A DNA stretch of 53,484 nt, counting the filler, from Basidiobolus ranarum (lineage: Eukaryota): the NCBI GenBank assembly GCA_040143965.1. It is 4 parts of 4 records of this genome, joined end to end, with 100 filler letters (N's around TTAATTAATTAA, not from the genome) between each part and the next. Parts side by side here need not be neighbours in the genome. Positions count along the whole stretch, not along the records: positions 1 to 13,339 come from JASJQH010000490.1; 3 more parts are not named here. The stretch is one strand, 5' to 3'. Of this stretch, positions 1-11,169 are shown one piece after another. The first letter of the stretch is position 1; every line of letters starts with the position of its first letter. Made by a program: the position numbers and the translations under genes. The notes under the pieces are model-generated. The model made no database searches. It saw only the letters and a program-made list of their open reading frames with translations, and was not told the origin of the DNA.

Positions 1-383
1 TTCATCCCACTTGCTCGGTAACTCACGTTCATCTCTACCGGTTATTACATATTCTAGAGAATTACAGTGACAAGGGAAAAGAAAGACTCTTCTGCTTCCT
101 CGCTATTTGTTTCAGTTGAATACCACGTTTGATCCAGGCCACTCAGAAAACGAGACACATCCACCGAATCCACCCTGATACACATAGCCACATCTCAGTG
201 ACACTTCGTAGGCTCATTGCTGTGCTCACACACTACCAAATAATCCATTAGAGATAGACATATAGACACGACACCAAGTATATACCCATAGATAGAAGTG
301 TTCATTTACATTATATAACCGACCTAGAAAGTACATTATAACGTTGAATTAGATCCCTGACCTGAGCGTTAAGAACAAATAAG

Positions 384-1520
384 ATGGAACTTCATACTCT
401 TCAAGCACCAACTCTCAATCTGATCCCTATGGAGGCCGGGCTTCTCCACACCGACAGGCTCACAAGTTCATCACCAAACTCTAGTATGCTTGGATTACTT
501 GCTACAGTGGTGCACTCTTTGCAAACATCCGAGATATTCAGCGCATTCACTTCAGTCATGGACCATTGTCAAGGTGTATGGTCACAAACATGGACCAAGG
601 GGCTCACGGTGGAGTGTGCTGCTTCAACCACCATTACAGAGAAGACGAAGCGGAAAGTACTAGTATTGGACATGGATGAGACCTTGATTCATAGCAAGCT
701 CACTCTCGATGAGGGTTCTCCAAATGCACCTTTTCAGATCAACATTCCATATGGTGAGAAGGATTGCATCTACTATGTGTACGACCGTCCATTTGTATTC
801 GAGTTTCTAGCAACTGTAAGTGTTCAACTTTACTTATTTTCACTATGAAGAGAAGGTTCGAAGGCGTTGATTTTGGATTTGGCGTATTTACTACTACCTC
901 GATCTCTTCTCCAATGTGTACATGAATCAAATAGGTGATATGAAAACTCATATGACCTTACTTTATTTAGATGGCGAAATGGTACGACCTCGTGATTTTC
1001 ACCGCCTCCATCTCGGAGTATGCAGACCCCATTATCGACTGGTTAGAGGATGAGGTAAAGAAGCGACATGCAACAACAGAGCCCACCTTCAAAGGTCGCT
1101 ATTATCGCCAGGTATGTGTTTTCATAGTTATTCCTCATTTTCGCTTTTAAGATATCCTTCAACGGTCGTGACTAGTCGCGATGACCAGGAGAGGGAAGCG
1201 AGAGAGAGATTCTAGAATAGCTGACTGATACCTTTACCTATTTCCTGTAGCATTGCACGTACTATGATGGTATTTTCACCAAAGATTTAAGCCAAATCAA
1301 CTCAGATCTGAGAGAAATCGCGTTAGTGGACAACTCAGAGTTCTCATTTCTTGTCAATCCTGAAAACGCCATCCCGATCAGAACATGGACCCATGATGAT
1401 CCAAGTGATCCCGCCCTCATGGATTTAATCGGGTTCCTACTTGCATTGAATTACGTCAATGATGTTCGGAGTATATTAGGTCTAAGACTTGGATTGGAAA
1501 ATCCATCGTTACAAAATTAA
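384..1520 (+). CDS. NIF/FCP1-family HAD phosphatase, Nem1/CTDNEP1(Dullard)-like; 3 exons (384-815, 971-1111, 1251-1520)
   Basis: LVLDMDETLIHS (DxDxT motif). The spliced frame continues WYDLVIFTASISEYADPIIDWL, then HCTYYDGIFTKDL...LVDNS...NAIPIRTW...DVRSILGLR. GT-AG introns 816-970 and 1112-1250 keep the frame. Confidence 0.9.
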
Positions 1521-2480
1521 GCAATGTTTTGCTTTCGATAAATATCTGTTGAGCCAGAATTAAACCACATAATGTAGAATATATAAACTCAATAAACACA
1601 CACTAACTTATTTCTGAGAAATCTCTGAACAAAATTTACATCGAATGTTTATAAATTTATTATTCAATTGCTTAATGTGGTAGTGTTTGTTTCACCAGTG
1701 TAGCCACCATTTGGTTATCAGTTGACAGATCAATATGGCTTAATTAAGGTGGCTTTTCAATACTATGAATAGCCGTCTGCTAACATAGTTTAGCTCGAGA
1801 TGAGAAGAGGTTTGACTATAACTACTTGGCATAAGGTTCTGCTTCCTTAACATTTTTTTAACTCAAGTATAAATAGTTTCACGAATCTAATACTGGTTGA
1901 CTATTTATAGAATAGACAATTACTTTTCTTGGAATAGTATCTATTAATTAATCCTATTTCTCCTCTGTTAATATTCCATGATAACACCGAGAAGTCTTTG
2001 GCTTGACTCCACTCCTCGTTGTATACCCGTTGATAGCTCCCAGTATTAGCGCGCTCGATATACTTGTAGTACAGTGAATAAATCAAGGACATGCCACTAG
2101 ACTTATTTTCGCCACTTCTGTTACTTGATCCTAACTCTATTCCTGCTACACGAGCTAAATGAATCAGGTTGAGAGCGTATCCACTATATACATTCCTATC
2201 AAGGAATTTCATAAACCGAAATGAGAATTTCTAGAAAGCGCTGAGAGAAAATATCGTTAAACTAATGCGGCAAGGTAATTCTAATTTAACTTCAATAACT
2301 ACACCGCCCATAAGTTGGTTCATCTAGATATAGCACGACTGATACTCTTTTGGAATGCGTGAGATATGAACACCAAAGGGGCATGCAAATATAAATATAG
2401 TTGAGAACCGCTAGATGTACTCAATATCTTTTAATATCAGAAACTAATACATACTCACATCTTTAGCTATTAATTCCATA

Positions 2481-3713
2481 ATGGCCATAAAGAAGGTAAC
2501 TCGGATTCACTATTCCAATCTTCGAAACCATTTACTAACTATCGGTATTCTGTAGCTTTACTTTTTTACCTTTCTTGCTGCTATAAGTTGTCAGGTTTAC
2601 GCTGGCTGTAAAAATTATGGAGGAAAGTGTCCTCAAGAAGCTCCCTGCTGCACCGAAGGATGGTGTGGCACTAGTGGCTTCTGTCTTGCCACCAAGTGTG
2701 ATCCTGCCAACAGTTTCTCTCCTACTAGTTGCTTACCTAAGCCATTGTGTGTCAGTTTTAACGATAATTTCGATAGCGATAAGATCGTCCCAGCTCTTAC
2801 ATTTGATGGAAACCCTAATAGCGGGTATGATTGGACCAGCGACTTTTCTCCAAACCACGCTACAGTTGAGAATGGTCAACTCGTTTTGAACATGCCCCTT
2901 GGTACTAACAAAAATGAATTTGGTGACGTGCAAGGTTTTGGTGCCACCGTCTCGTCAGTTAGATGGATTCAATACGGCAAAGTGTCTGCTCGCGTCAAAT
3001 CTGCCTCTACTTCTCCAGGTGTAGTGACTGCATTCATCTTGCGAAACCCAGAAGGTGATGAGATTGACTTTGAGTGGGTTGGTGGTAACCCTCATCAAGT
3101 ACAAACCAACTATTACTATAATGGTATTATTGACTGGGAGAATGGCGGAAAGCATAACATTGGATCCGATACCTCCAAGGGTTTCCATGACTACATGTTT
3201 GATTGGGATGAAGAATACATCAAGTTTTCAGTTGATAACAAGGTGGTTAGAACTCTCTATAAGAAAGATACTTGGGATGAGAAGTTGAAAGTATATAAAT
3301 TCCCCTCCAGATTGGCTCTGGTCCAGGTGGGTCTCTGGGATGGAGGACGAGGCTCCGAGGGCACCACCGACTGGGCTGGAGGTAAAACGGACTGGAGTAA
3401 TCCAGACACTGTTTACAAAGCCTATTTCGACCACATTAATGTTGAATGTAAGTATGGTGGCAATGAAACACAGGTATGGCCAACATCCACTACCTCAGTC
3501 GTCACACCCACCACTACTTCGGTTTCCTCTTCAACGGAGACCTCACTAGTTGAAGAAATCAAGACATCTGAGCAAGGGACTTCCTCGTCTACTGCCTCAG
3601 ACTCAAACCCCACAGGTTCTTTTGTTGCTGAGGAAAGTTCGGCCACTTCTCACAGGGCCCATTCCGCTTTAGCAGGAATCGCTTGCCTCATAGCAGGTTA
3701 CTTTCTCGGCTAA
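2481..3713 (+). CDS. Crh/Utr2-like GH16 chitin transglycosylase with N-terminal CBM18-like Cys-rich domain and probable GPI anchor; 2 exons (2481-2495, 2556-3713)
   Basis: Intron 2496-2555 gives signal peptide MAIKKLYFFTFLAAISCQVYA, then CPQEAPCCTEGWCGTSGFC. GH16 catalytic DEIDFEW, Ser/Thr-rich stalk and hydrophobic C-terminus follow. Confidence 0.9.
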
Positions 3714-4512
3714 ATAAGAGAAATATCACTTTAGCATTTATTTGACGCATATAATTAGTTTTGTTCATCACATCCATCTTTTAATTAATATTTCTAATAA
3801 AACTCACTTTCATGAAGTACTATTGGTTCGTTTTTAACGCCATGGAAACATTCATTTCACCTGGTTTATCATGTATGTACGAATCAGGTCAAATTAATGG
3901 CACTAATTTGAAGAAACAGAAAAGTATATGATTGATTTATTATCTTTGTTAGTGATGGACGAAAATAGATTTTAAATCCATATCTAGGTGTGTTGGTGCA
4001 ATACTTTTGCCATGGCTCGATCAGTGAAGCTTAGCTATATTGGCCTTAATTGATAGTTTTCATCATCAAACAATATTGAAGTGGAAACCTGGTTATAGGT
4101 AGGTATCACTATACATATATAGAACCTCCATTGCTAATAATACAATATGCAGGAAAAATATGGCATTCATTCATATTCTGATTAATTTTCACTCAATTCT
4201 GCCATTTAAAAACGGGACATACTTGCTCTAAATGATGTATCTATCAGTTAAATTGTTTTAACCAATATTCACTACTTTCTCAACCCTTCTCAATAACATC
4301 TCAAGCTTTCACCCAAGCTTAATTAGCATATTTTGTATGATCTGAACTTGTTGAATAATCTGTTCCTATTCAATATCTTAGTTAACTTTAGTTATAGTAT
4401 ATTTTGGAACAAGAAGACCTCATACTTATAACCCCTATATTCTAATTAGGAATATCTCTACATCTCTGTAACTAGTATGTCTTATTGCCCCCAAGTATCT
4501 ATTATATCTTAT

Positions 4513-5165
4513 TGTTGAAGTATTTTGGGAGTTTGTTGGAAGTGATTTGGAGAACTGGAAGAATTGATGGCTTTCACTTACTGATTCATTGAGTAGGCAG
4601 TTGACATTTACAGTTTTTGCTGAAATAAGCATAGCCTAAGCATCTATATAGTCATATATAGCTTAGTATTTAGCTATCCTATATTGAACTAAGTTATCAC
4701 CTCAACGGGAATTTACTTGGAAGCTCTCAGATATATATATTTTTCAAGCTTGTGCTACAAGCCCCAAAACTTTGCACACATATTCCTGAGACCTTCCTTA
4801 GCAGATTCTACTAGTCATTTTGCTTACATCTTGACAAAACTATATATGTCAACTTTCAACTCAATAAATCAATAAGTGAAACCCACCAATTTCTCTTTTC
4901 TCTAATTCTCCAAACCACTTCCAACAGGCTCCCAAATACTTTAACAAGAAGTTCAAAGATATATAGATTTTCCAAACCTGTGTTAGAAGCCCCAAACTTG
5001 CACACATGTCTCTGGGACCTTTCTTAGCATATTCTACACATTTGTTTATTTACATCTTGACAAAACTATAAAGTCAACTTCCAACTCGATAAATCAATAA
5101 GTGAAATCCACCAATTCTTCTAGTTCTCTCAACCACTTCCAACAAACTCCCAAAATACTTCAACA
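4513..5165. mobile_element. Cluster of three LTR-family pieces: partial forward (4513-4617), full reverse (4618-4946), partial reverse (~4947-5165)
   Basis: Same ~320-bp repeat as at 12497, 14653, 29310 and 52953, with TGTTGAA...TTCAACA-type termini. Confidence 0.75.
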
Positions 5166-5997
5166 GTAGTGACGAGTAGGAAGTGTGCTTACATATATGC
5201 CAAGTTAGGTGACCTTATCCACAAAGAACAAATGTAAAATTCATACTACTTAAGCTAAAATAAACAAGTCATTTTGGCAGCATAAGACTAGACTCTTATC
5301 TAGCAATTTGAATGTATATCAAGTCTGCATTAGCTAGGGACACAGATAGATTCATGTGCGTTAAAAGTATGCACACTACATGATATGCAAACTAAGCTCT
5401 ATTCTATATCAGTAGATGCTGAAAAGTACGGACTTGACAAATCTTTTACTGGATCTTTATGGGCAGTGTCCAAAACTGCAAAGGAATATCTTGCGGATAA
5501 CTGAAACGGTCTGATCTTCCAAAGTGATAGGCTTAGGAAGTGATTTCGATACCAATAAAGATAAGATGCATGGAACAACTCTAGAATCAAGATTTAGTTG
5601 TGTTTGACGTATCATCGACAATCATACAACAATATATAGATGCAGATCAAGTTTGAGCAAACATGCTCACAGGTCTAAAATATACCAGATAAATCCTGGC
5701 CATTTCCTGTTGGTCAGTCCGATCAATAATGAGACAATCCACTAAATAAATCGCTCTGACGTGTCTCAGCGCTATATATGTTGAATATGATAGTACAATA
5801 TTATGGGAATATATATCACAATCAAATACCTGACATCACAGGGTTCATGATTACCACGAATTGAAGCCTAATCCTACACAGTTTGGTACGCTTTGTTTTA
5901 GTTGTAAGCCATCTCCAATCCAAAGTATAGAACTATAAAATTGGTTGGCAAGCTCCCAAGAGGTTATCCCATCCTTGCTTCACATCTCTACTTCGAT

Positions 5998-7251
5998 ATG
6001 AAGCGGCCATTTCATAAACTTTCTCACCCACGAGAAGTGATACGACACTTCACACCCTCTTGGTTTGCCGTAACTATGGGCACGGGCATCACAGGTATTT
6101 GTATTGCCAACTTTCCTTTTCCATTTCGCGGAATGGTTACAATTGGGTCCATATTCTTCATTGCCAATATTTGTATGTTCTGTCTCTGTACCATTATATT
6201 TATAACTAGATTGATCATGTTCCCTGAAGTGATTCCTGCTATGCTTAAACACAACCAAAGCGTGATGCTTAGTACCATCCCTATGGGCTTGACAACTATC
6301 ACAAATTATACCATTCTAGTGTTGGTACCAACTCATTCTTGGGCTTTGGAGCTGGCATACGTCCTGTGGTGGATTGAATTTTGTCTCACCATCTTGAGTA
6401 TTATTGGGATCCCCTTCTGTATGATGCTGTATCAAGAGTACAGAATTGAGACCATGAACGGTTCCTGGCTTCTACCACTTGTTCCAGCTGTAGTCACCGG
6501 TGCTTCCGGTTGTTACTTATCACGTTTTCTGGAGACCGACGGCCATAGAGCCATTATGATTCTTACCATTTCTGCTATCACTTTGGGATGTGGCCTCTCT
6601 TTAGCATTCCCAGTGATCGGTATCTATTTTTACAGATTAGTAGTGCATAGTGTCCCCGGTGAGGATGTTATCATCACCTCCTTTTTGCCTGTCGGTCCAT
6701 TAGGTCAAGGCACTTACGGAATTATACAATTGGGCTGGGCGTGCCAAAAAGTAATCGGAGATAATTATGGCCCTGGGTTTGGTAATAGTGCTTTTACCTT
6801 TTGCATGATCAGCGCATTTTTTCTGTGGGGTTACGGTCTTTGGTATCTTTGTTTTGCGTTAATCTCGGTCAGTGTTAGGTCACGCTCAAGAGTCCCATTT
6901 AACATGGGATGGTGGGCTCTTACGTTTCCACTTGGCGTGTTTACAGCAGGGACTCTAAATATAGCGATAGCAACTGACTCCACCTTCTTCCGCGTATTAG
7001 CATCGATTTTCGTCTGCTGTCTAGTAATTATATGGATATGCGTGACAGCCAGAACATTTAAGCAAGCATATTCAGGGAAGATCTTTAACGCTCCTTGTCT
7101 TCATGAATATCATATCAACGGCGATATCTCAAATACCGAAATGCAAGAATGCAATGATTCCAATTCGCACGTAAATGATCCATTTGTGCCTCTCTCTTCG
7201 AATTGCCGCCAAAATACTCGAGAGCGGAATCTTCCGAACTCTGTAAAATAG
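5998..7251 (+). CDS. SLAC1/TDT-family anion transporter (Ssu1 sulfite efflux / Mae1-like), intronless
   Basis: RHFTPSWFAVTMGTG, WLLPLVPAVV, FLPVGPLGQG and FNMGWWALTFPLG motifs; about 10 hydrophobic segments. First ATG is at 5998. Confidence 0.9.
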   Translation: MKRPFHKLSHPREVIRHFTPSWFAVTMGTGITGICIANFPFPFRGMVTIGSIFFIANICMFCLCTIIFITRLIMFPEVIPAMLKHNQSVMLSTIPMGLTTITNYTILVLVPTHSWALELAYVLWWIEFCLTILSIIGIPFCMMLYQEYRIETMNGSWLLPLVPAVVTGASGCYLSRFLETDGHRAIMILTISAITLGCGLSLAFPVIGIYFYRLVVHSVPGEDVIITSFLPVGPLGQGTYGIIQLGWACQKVIGDNYGPGFGNSAFTFCMISAFFLWGYGLWYLCFALISVSVRSRSRVPFNMGWWALTFPLGVFTAGTLNIAIATDSTFFRVLASIFVCCLVIIWICVTARTFKQAYSGKIFNAPCLHEYHINGDISNTEMQECNDSNSHVNDPFVPLSSNCRQNTRERNLPNSVK

Positions 7252-7420
7252 CCTGTAGAATAGCTGAATAAATTATCTAAATTTCATAGACCAATTTGTT
7301 ATGACGAACATTGATTTAAAAGAATCTCTCCACTCTCTTTGGGCAGCTCAGTAACCAGACACATTCTTTATGTCATACATAAAATTCATGTCTACGTGAA
7401 ATTCAACCTCGGAAAAAGGA

Positions 7421-7487
7421 TTATCAGCAACAAAAAATCAGATAGAGCTCCAGTATCTGATTGCGCCATGAATTAAAAATCTGATAG
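7421..7487. promoter_or_regulatory. Cluster of GATA-type sites (three ATCWGATA plus one TGATAA) upstream of the globin gene
   Basis: ATCAGATA at 7437, TATCTGAT (reverse ATCAGATA) at 7454, ATCTGATA at 7479, TTATCA at 7421. Confidence 0.4.
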
Positions 7488-7802
7488 ATCATGCCACCTC
7501 GAAAAATAGACTTGATGGAAATTCTAGTGGATGTGGAGTTCCATTTGAAACCATTGGGTGATTATGCAAATTTTCCAAACTCATCTCACAGATTTATTGA
7601 TCAATGTGCCCTAGGCCATTCTGTAGCAGAGTTACCATTTATATTCTTGATTTTTCATCGTTATCTTACCTAATTGGGCAAGCCTGAGTTACCGTTTGTG
7701 AGCATGCTAAACGCATGGTATGGAGAAAAAGGTGGAGAAGTGTATATAAGGTGTGCGTCTAGACTGAAGTTAATCATTCAAAAAGATCTTTCCTTAATTA
7801 AC

Positions 7803-8906
7803 ATGTCTGTCGTTGAAAAAACTCTGTACGAAACTCTTGGTGGTGATGAGACCATTGCTAAAGTTGTAGATGTATTCTATGGCAAGTATGTGCTGAATGA
7901 CGAGCGTATCAAACATTTCTTTGTTGGTATTGACATGGAGAAACAACGCATGATGCAATCTAAATTCTTGGCCTTTGCTTTCGGTGGCCCTGCCTTTAAT
8001 GGTAAAAAGATGAACATTGCTCACCGACATCTCAAGCTCACTGATGATCACTTTGACGCCGTTATTGACGATCTTGGTAAAGCTTTACGCGATTTTGATG
8101 TATCGGATGAAATCATTGCAAAGGTGGTCGCAGTTGCCGAGACTACTCGTGACGATGTTGTTGGTCGCACTCAGAAAAAGCCTACTCCTGCCGCTGTGGA
8201 GATTGAGCATGTGGATCGTGAGCTTATTCATACCGATCCAGTATATCGTTACTTATACGTCGCTAAATTTGTCGATTTTACCGACAAGGATGTCGAAGCT
8301 ATCAAATCTGTGTCTGAGCAACTCGCCCCTCTTGGTGCCACCCTAGTTGATGCTGTTTATGACAAACTTAAAAAATTCGATATTACCTGGGAAACCATGG
8401 CTAAGCGTCACGAAGGGTTCTCTGGAGAAGTGGTAGAGGATCTTAATAATCTTAAGGCTGACAGTGCTCAGATCAAGTTTCGTAAGGATATGTTGACACG
8501 CTATATCGGTCGTCTTTTGACCAATCCTTACGATGAACGTATGATTAAATACCTGGACTGGGTTGCCAAGATCCATACCGATATCCCTGGCAAGAAGTCC
8601 AAAATTAATGTGGAATATATTCATATCTCTGCTCTTCTTGGTTTCGTTGAATCCACTCTGATCTGGGCCATCAGCACACTAGGACTCGAGAGAGAACATG
8701 AACTTAGGGCTGTTCTAGCATTCAACAAAGTCTTATGGTTGCAGAATGATTTCTTCGCCAAATACTATGCTAAGGATGGCTCAGACATCCCTAATTCCTT
8801 CGGCCTACATGCTCATCAACCAGAGCCCTCTAAGTTTGACCTTAAAAGTGCTTTGATTGGCGGTGCGGTGGCTCTTCTTGGTGTATTGGCTGCCAAGCGA
8901 TTATAA
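7803..8906 (+). CDS. Two-domain globin: group I truncated (2/2) hemoglobin + protoglobin/sensor-type globin + C-terminal membrane anchor; intronless, 367 aa
   Basis: Domain 1: LYETLGG, DVFY (TyrB10), HFF, QRMMQ, FGGP, AHRHL (HisF8), HFDAV. Domain 2: YVAKFVDFTDKD...LVDAVYDKL...YLDWVAKIHT...AFNKVLWLQND. Tail: ALIGGAVALLGVLAAKRL. TATA-like TATATAA at ~7744. Confidence 0.88.
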   Translation: MSVVEKTLYETLGGDETIAKVVDVFYGKYVLNDERIKHFFVGIDMEKQRMMQSKFLAFAFGGPAFNGKKMNIAHRHLKLTDDHFDAVIDDLGKALRDFDVSDEIIAKVVAVAETTRDDVVGRTQKKPTPAAVEIEHVDRELIHTDPVYRYLYVAKFVDFTDKDVEAIKSVSEQLAPLGATLVDAVYDKLKKFDITWETMAKRHEGFSGEVVEDLNNLKADSAQIKFRKDMLTRYIGRLLTNPYDERMIKYLDWVAKIHTDIPGKKSKINVEYIHISALLGFVESTLIWAISTLGLEREHELRAVLAFNKVLWLQNDFFAKYYAKDGSDIPNSFGLHAHQPEPSKFDLKSALIGGAVALLGVLAAKRL

Positions 8907-9930
8907 TTACTGTGAATTTCCTATCTGTACATCCTCAATCTTGAATATTACTTAATTTCTCACCTCGCTAGTCAATAGATTGCTTATTATGTAGTAATCC
9001 AGGTAAATAAAACTGATTCTAACCAATAATATATAGTGAGTGTAGACCACACTTACGGTAACTGGTATTTCGATCGATCTGGATGTTTGACTCTAAAGAA
9101 ACTCAGCCAATATGCCTAGTTAGGTGAGCATTAGAAATGTTTGTACGCATTAAAGTATTGATCTGCATTTAATTCGAGCGATCTATTGCCAGTTTCATTA
9201 ATGACGTTGACCCGTGGTGTACAGTCATTGTCAGAAGAAACAAAATTAGCGCACTCAATATTGACCTAGCATGCAAAAAATATATGATGTAATAAAGTGA
9301 TTTGTTTAAGTTTACATTTCTTGCATGATGCTGTTAGAGTACTCTTGAGTAATAACTTACAGCGTGTAAAGCTAGAACTGCTTCACATATTGAAACCGCA
9401 TATATATCATATAAAGAAGAATTCTAGTTGTAACCTTTCTACTTCACTCATTACTAGACACGTATCTCTTCTAAATATCCGAAATATATACTTTTATGAT
9501 ATTGAATAGTATGCTATCAAGATATCAGTACAAATGGAACACATCACGTAGGAGAATGTTAAAGAGTTAAATAAAGAATCTTCTGAAGTAGTACTGATTT
9601 TGTATTCAAGTAAATAAATGGAGAATTACCCATGCATAACTCAATTATTTGAAGTATGTGTATATATATAAGTTGAAAATAATGCACTAACATAAAAATC
9701 TACTTTCTGGCAAGCAGCATACAAAAGTTGTTCTTGAAGCAAAATATGCTCAACTTAATCTTCCATTTATTTTTCCTGAATTTTACTCGGTACTGTTTAA
9801 GTAACATGATTATCAAAAATCACAATTCATGAGTTAAGTTTTTCATTTATTTACATCAGCAATACTGAATCTATCATGTATCTTTGTATATCACGTGAAG
9901 TAGGGTCTAATATAAATAAAATATCAATAA

Positions 9931-11169
9931 CTACAAATTGCTATGAGGTCTGGATTCCTTTTCCAAGTACTCCTTGACGACCTTGCGAATATCCAATGCA
10001 CATCCATATGATAGAGTATAACCAGATCCTCCGTGACCATAGTTGTGGAATATTCTAGGATCTTGTTCATCCTGACCTACACGAGGCTCATCACGAAAGG
10101 GCCTAATGCCAACGCGGTAATAGTAATCGGTAAACTCAGCCTTCTCAAGCTCTGGATAAAGCTTCACACAGCCATCTTTCATCTTTTTGAGATAGTTATG
10201 TTTGCTTTCATTCCAGTGAAGCTTTTCTTTGCCCATTTGGGCATAGCCCCCAAGGATAAGAATATCATCATTTCTTGGCACTATGAACTCGAATCTTCCT
10301 TCTTCAGCTTTCAGTTTTTCTTCATTGCTATCATGCACATCGGTATCACGCCGAGAAATAGAGATACAACTTTCGATCTTTTTAAATTTCTTGCCATCAT
10401 TCTTGACATGAATGAGAATTCCTCGTAGTGGCTTCAACTTCTTATCACAACATAATTCTCTAGCACTCATTCCGGTACAGTTGATGAGAATGTCAGCCTT
10501 GTAGCACTGCAGTAAATACGGCGTTTCTTCATGGATAGTGTCTTCCAAAACATCATGGAGGAGGTTAACCCCCTTCTTCTCAAGTGATTCTCCTAACCAG
10601 TACAGATACTGTTCGGGGTCAATAACATATGATAGATGCTCATAAGCATCCATGATATTACTCCCCATTTTATCTCTATTCGAGTTCAGGTTGTACTTGT
10701 TAATCAACCCAGGTACATCATCGCTAAATTTTTGACAAATTTCAGCGATTTCCAGTTTCTTTTTCAACCCTCCACCAGTGAGTTTTCGTTCGAATAAAAA
10801 GCAAGACATCCGTTTACGTATTCCAGTTTTATTCGCACCATATTTGTCAGCTAGGTCGGAGAATTGTACATAAGAGATTTGGGACCATTTTTTTAGGTTT
10901 TTCAATTGTTCATCTGTATCATTTCCATGTGACCCGCATACAGCTGGCGGCCATTCCCACAAAGCACCGGCAATCTTCGAGACTATTTCTTTATCCTGAG
11001 GTCCGCGCTCTGAATATCGCTCAGCAATCACGGTAATTTTACATCCAGCATTAAGCAGTACACTAGCAGTAGTTAGTCCGGTAACTCCACCGCCGATGAC
11101 AAGAGCGTGTGGTTTCGTACCATCAGGCCGAGTGATTTTCTCTTTCTTATAGAGATCCCCAGAATTCAT
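9931..11169 (-). CDS. D-amino acid oxidase family FAD oxidoreductase, intronless
   Basis: N-terminal VIGGGVTG FAD motif, INCTGMSA, RG, GIRPFR and the DAO signature HNYGHGGSGYTLSYGCA; ends -SNL. Confidence 0.9.
   Translation of the reverse strand: MNSGDLYKKEKITRPDGTKPHALVIGGGVTGLTTASVLLNAGCKITVIAERYSERGPQDKEIVSKIAGALWEWPPAVCGSHGNDTDEQLKNLKKWSQISYVQFSDLADKYGANKTGIRKRMSCFLFERKLTGGGLKKKLEIAEICQKFSDDVPGLINKYNLNSNRDKMGSNIMDAYEHLSYVIDPEQYLYWLGESLEKKGVNLLHDVLEDTIHEETPYLLQCYKADILINCTGMSARELCCDKKLKPLRGILIHVKNDGKKFKKIESCISISRRDTDVHDSNEEKLKAEEGRFEFIVPRNDDILILGGYAQMGKEKLHWNESKHNYLKKMKDGCVKLYPELEKAEFTDYYYRVGIRPFRDEPRVGQDEQDPRIFHNYGHGGSGYTLSYGCALDIRKVVKEYLEKESRPHSNL

Noticed and set aside
1901-2212. 103-aa minus-strand ORF and similar short intergenic ORFs (12047, 21938, 35504, 53112)
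   Set aside because: No recognisable motifs or splice-supported extension; consistent with chance ORFs.
7674-7802. Upstream TTG/GTG-start extensions in the ORF track (also 5941, 15911, 20291, 43105, 43555, 49578)
   Set aside because: Eukaryotic genes start at ATG; the extensions run through TATA/UTR sequence or lack similarity to the paralogs.
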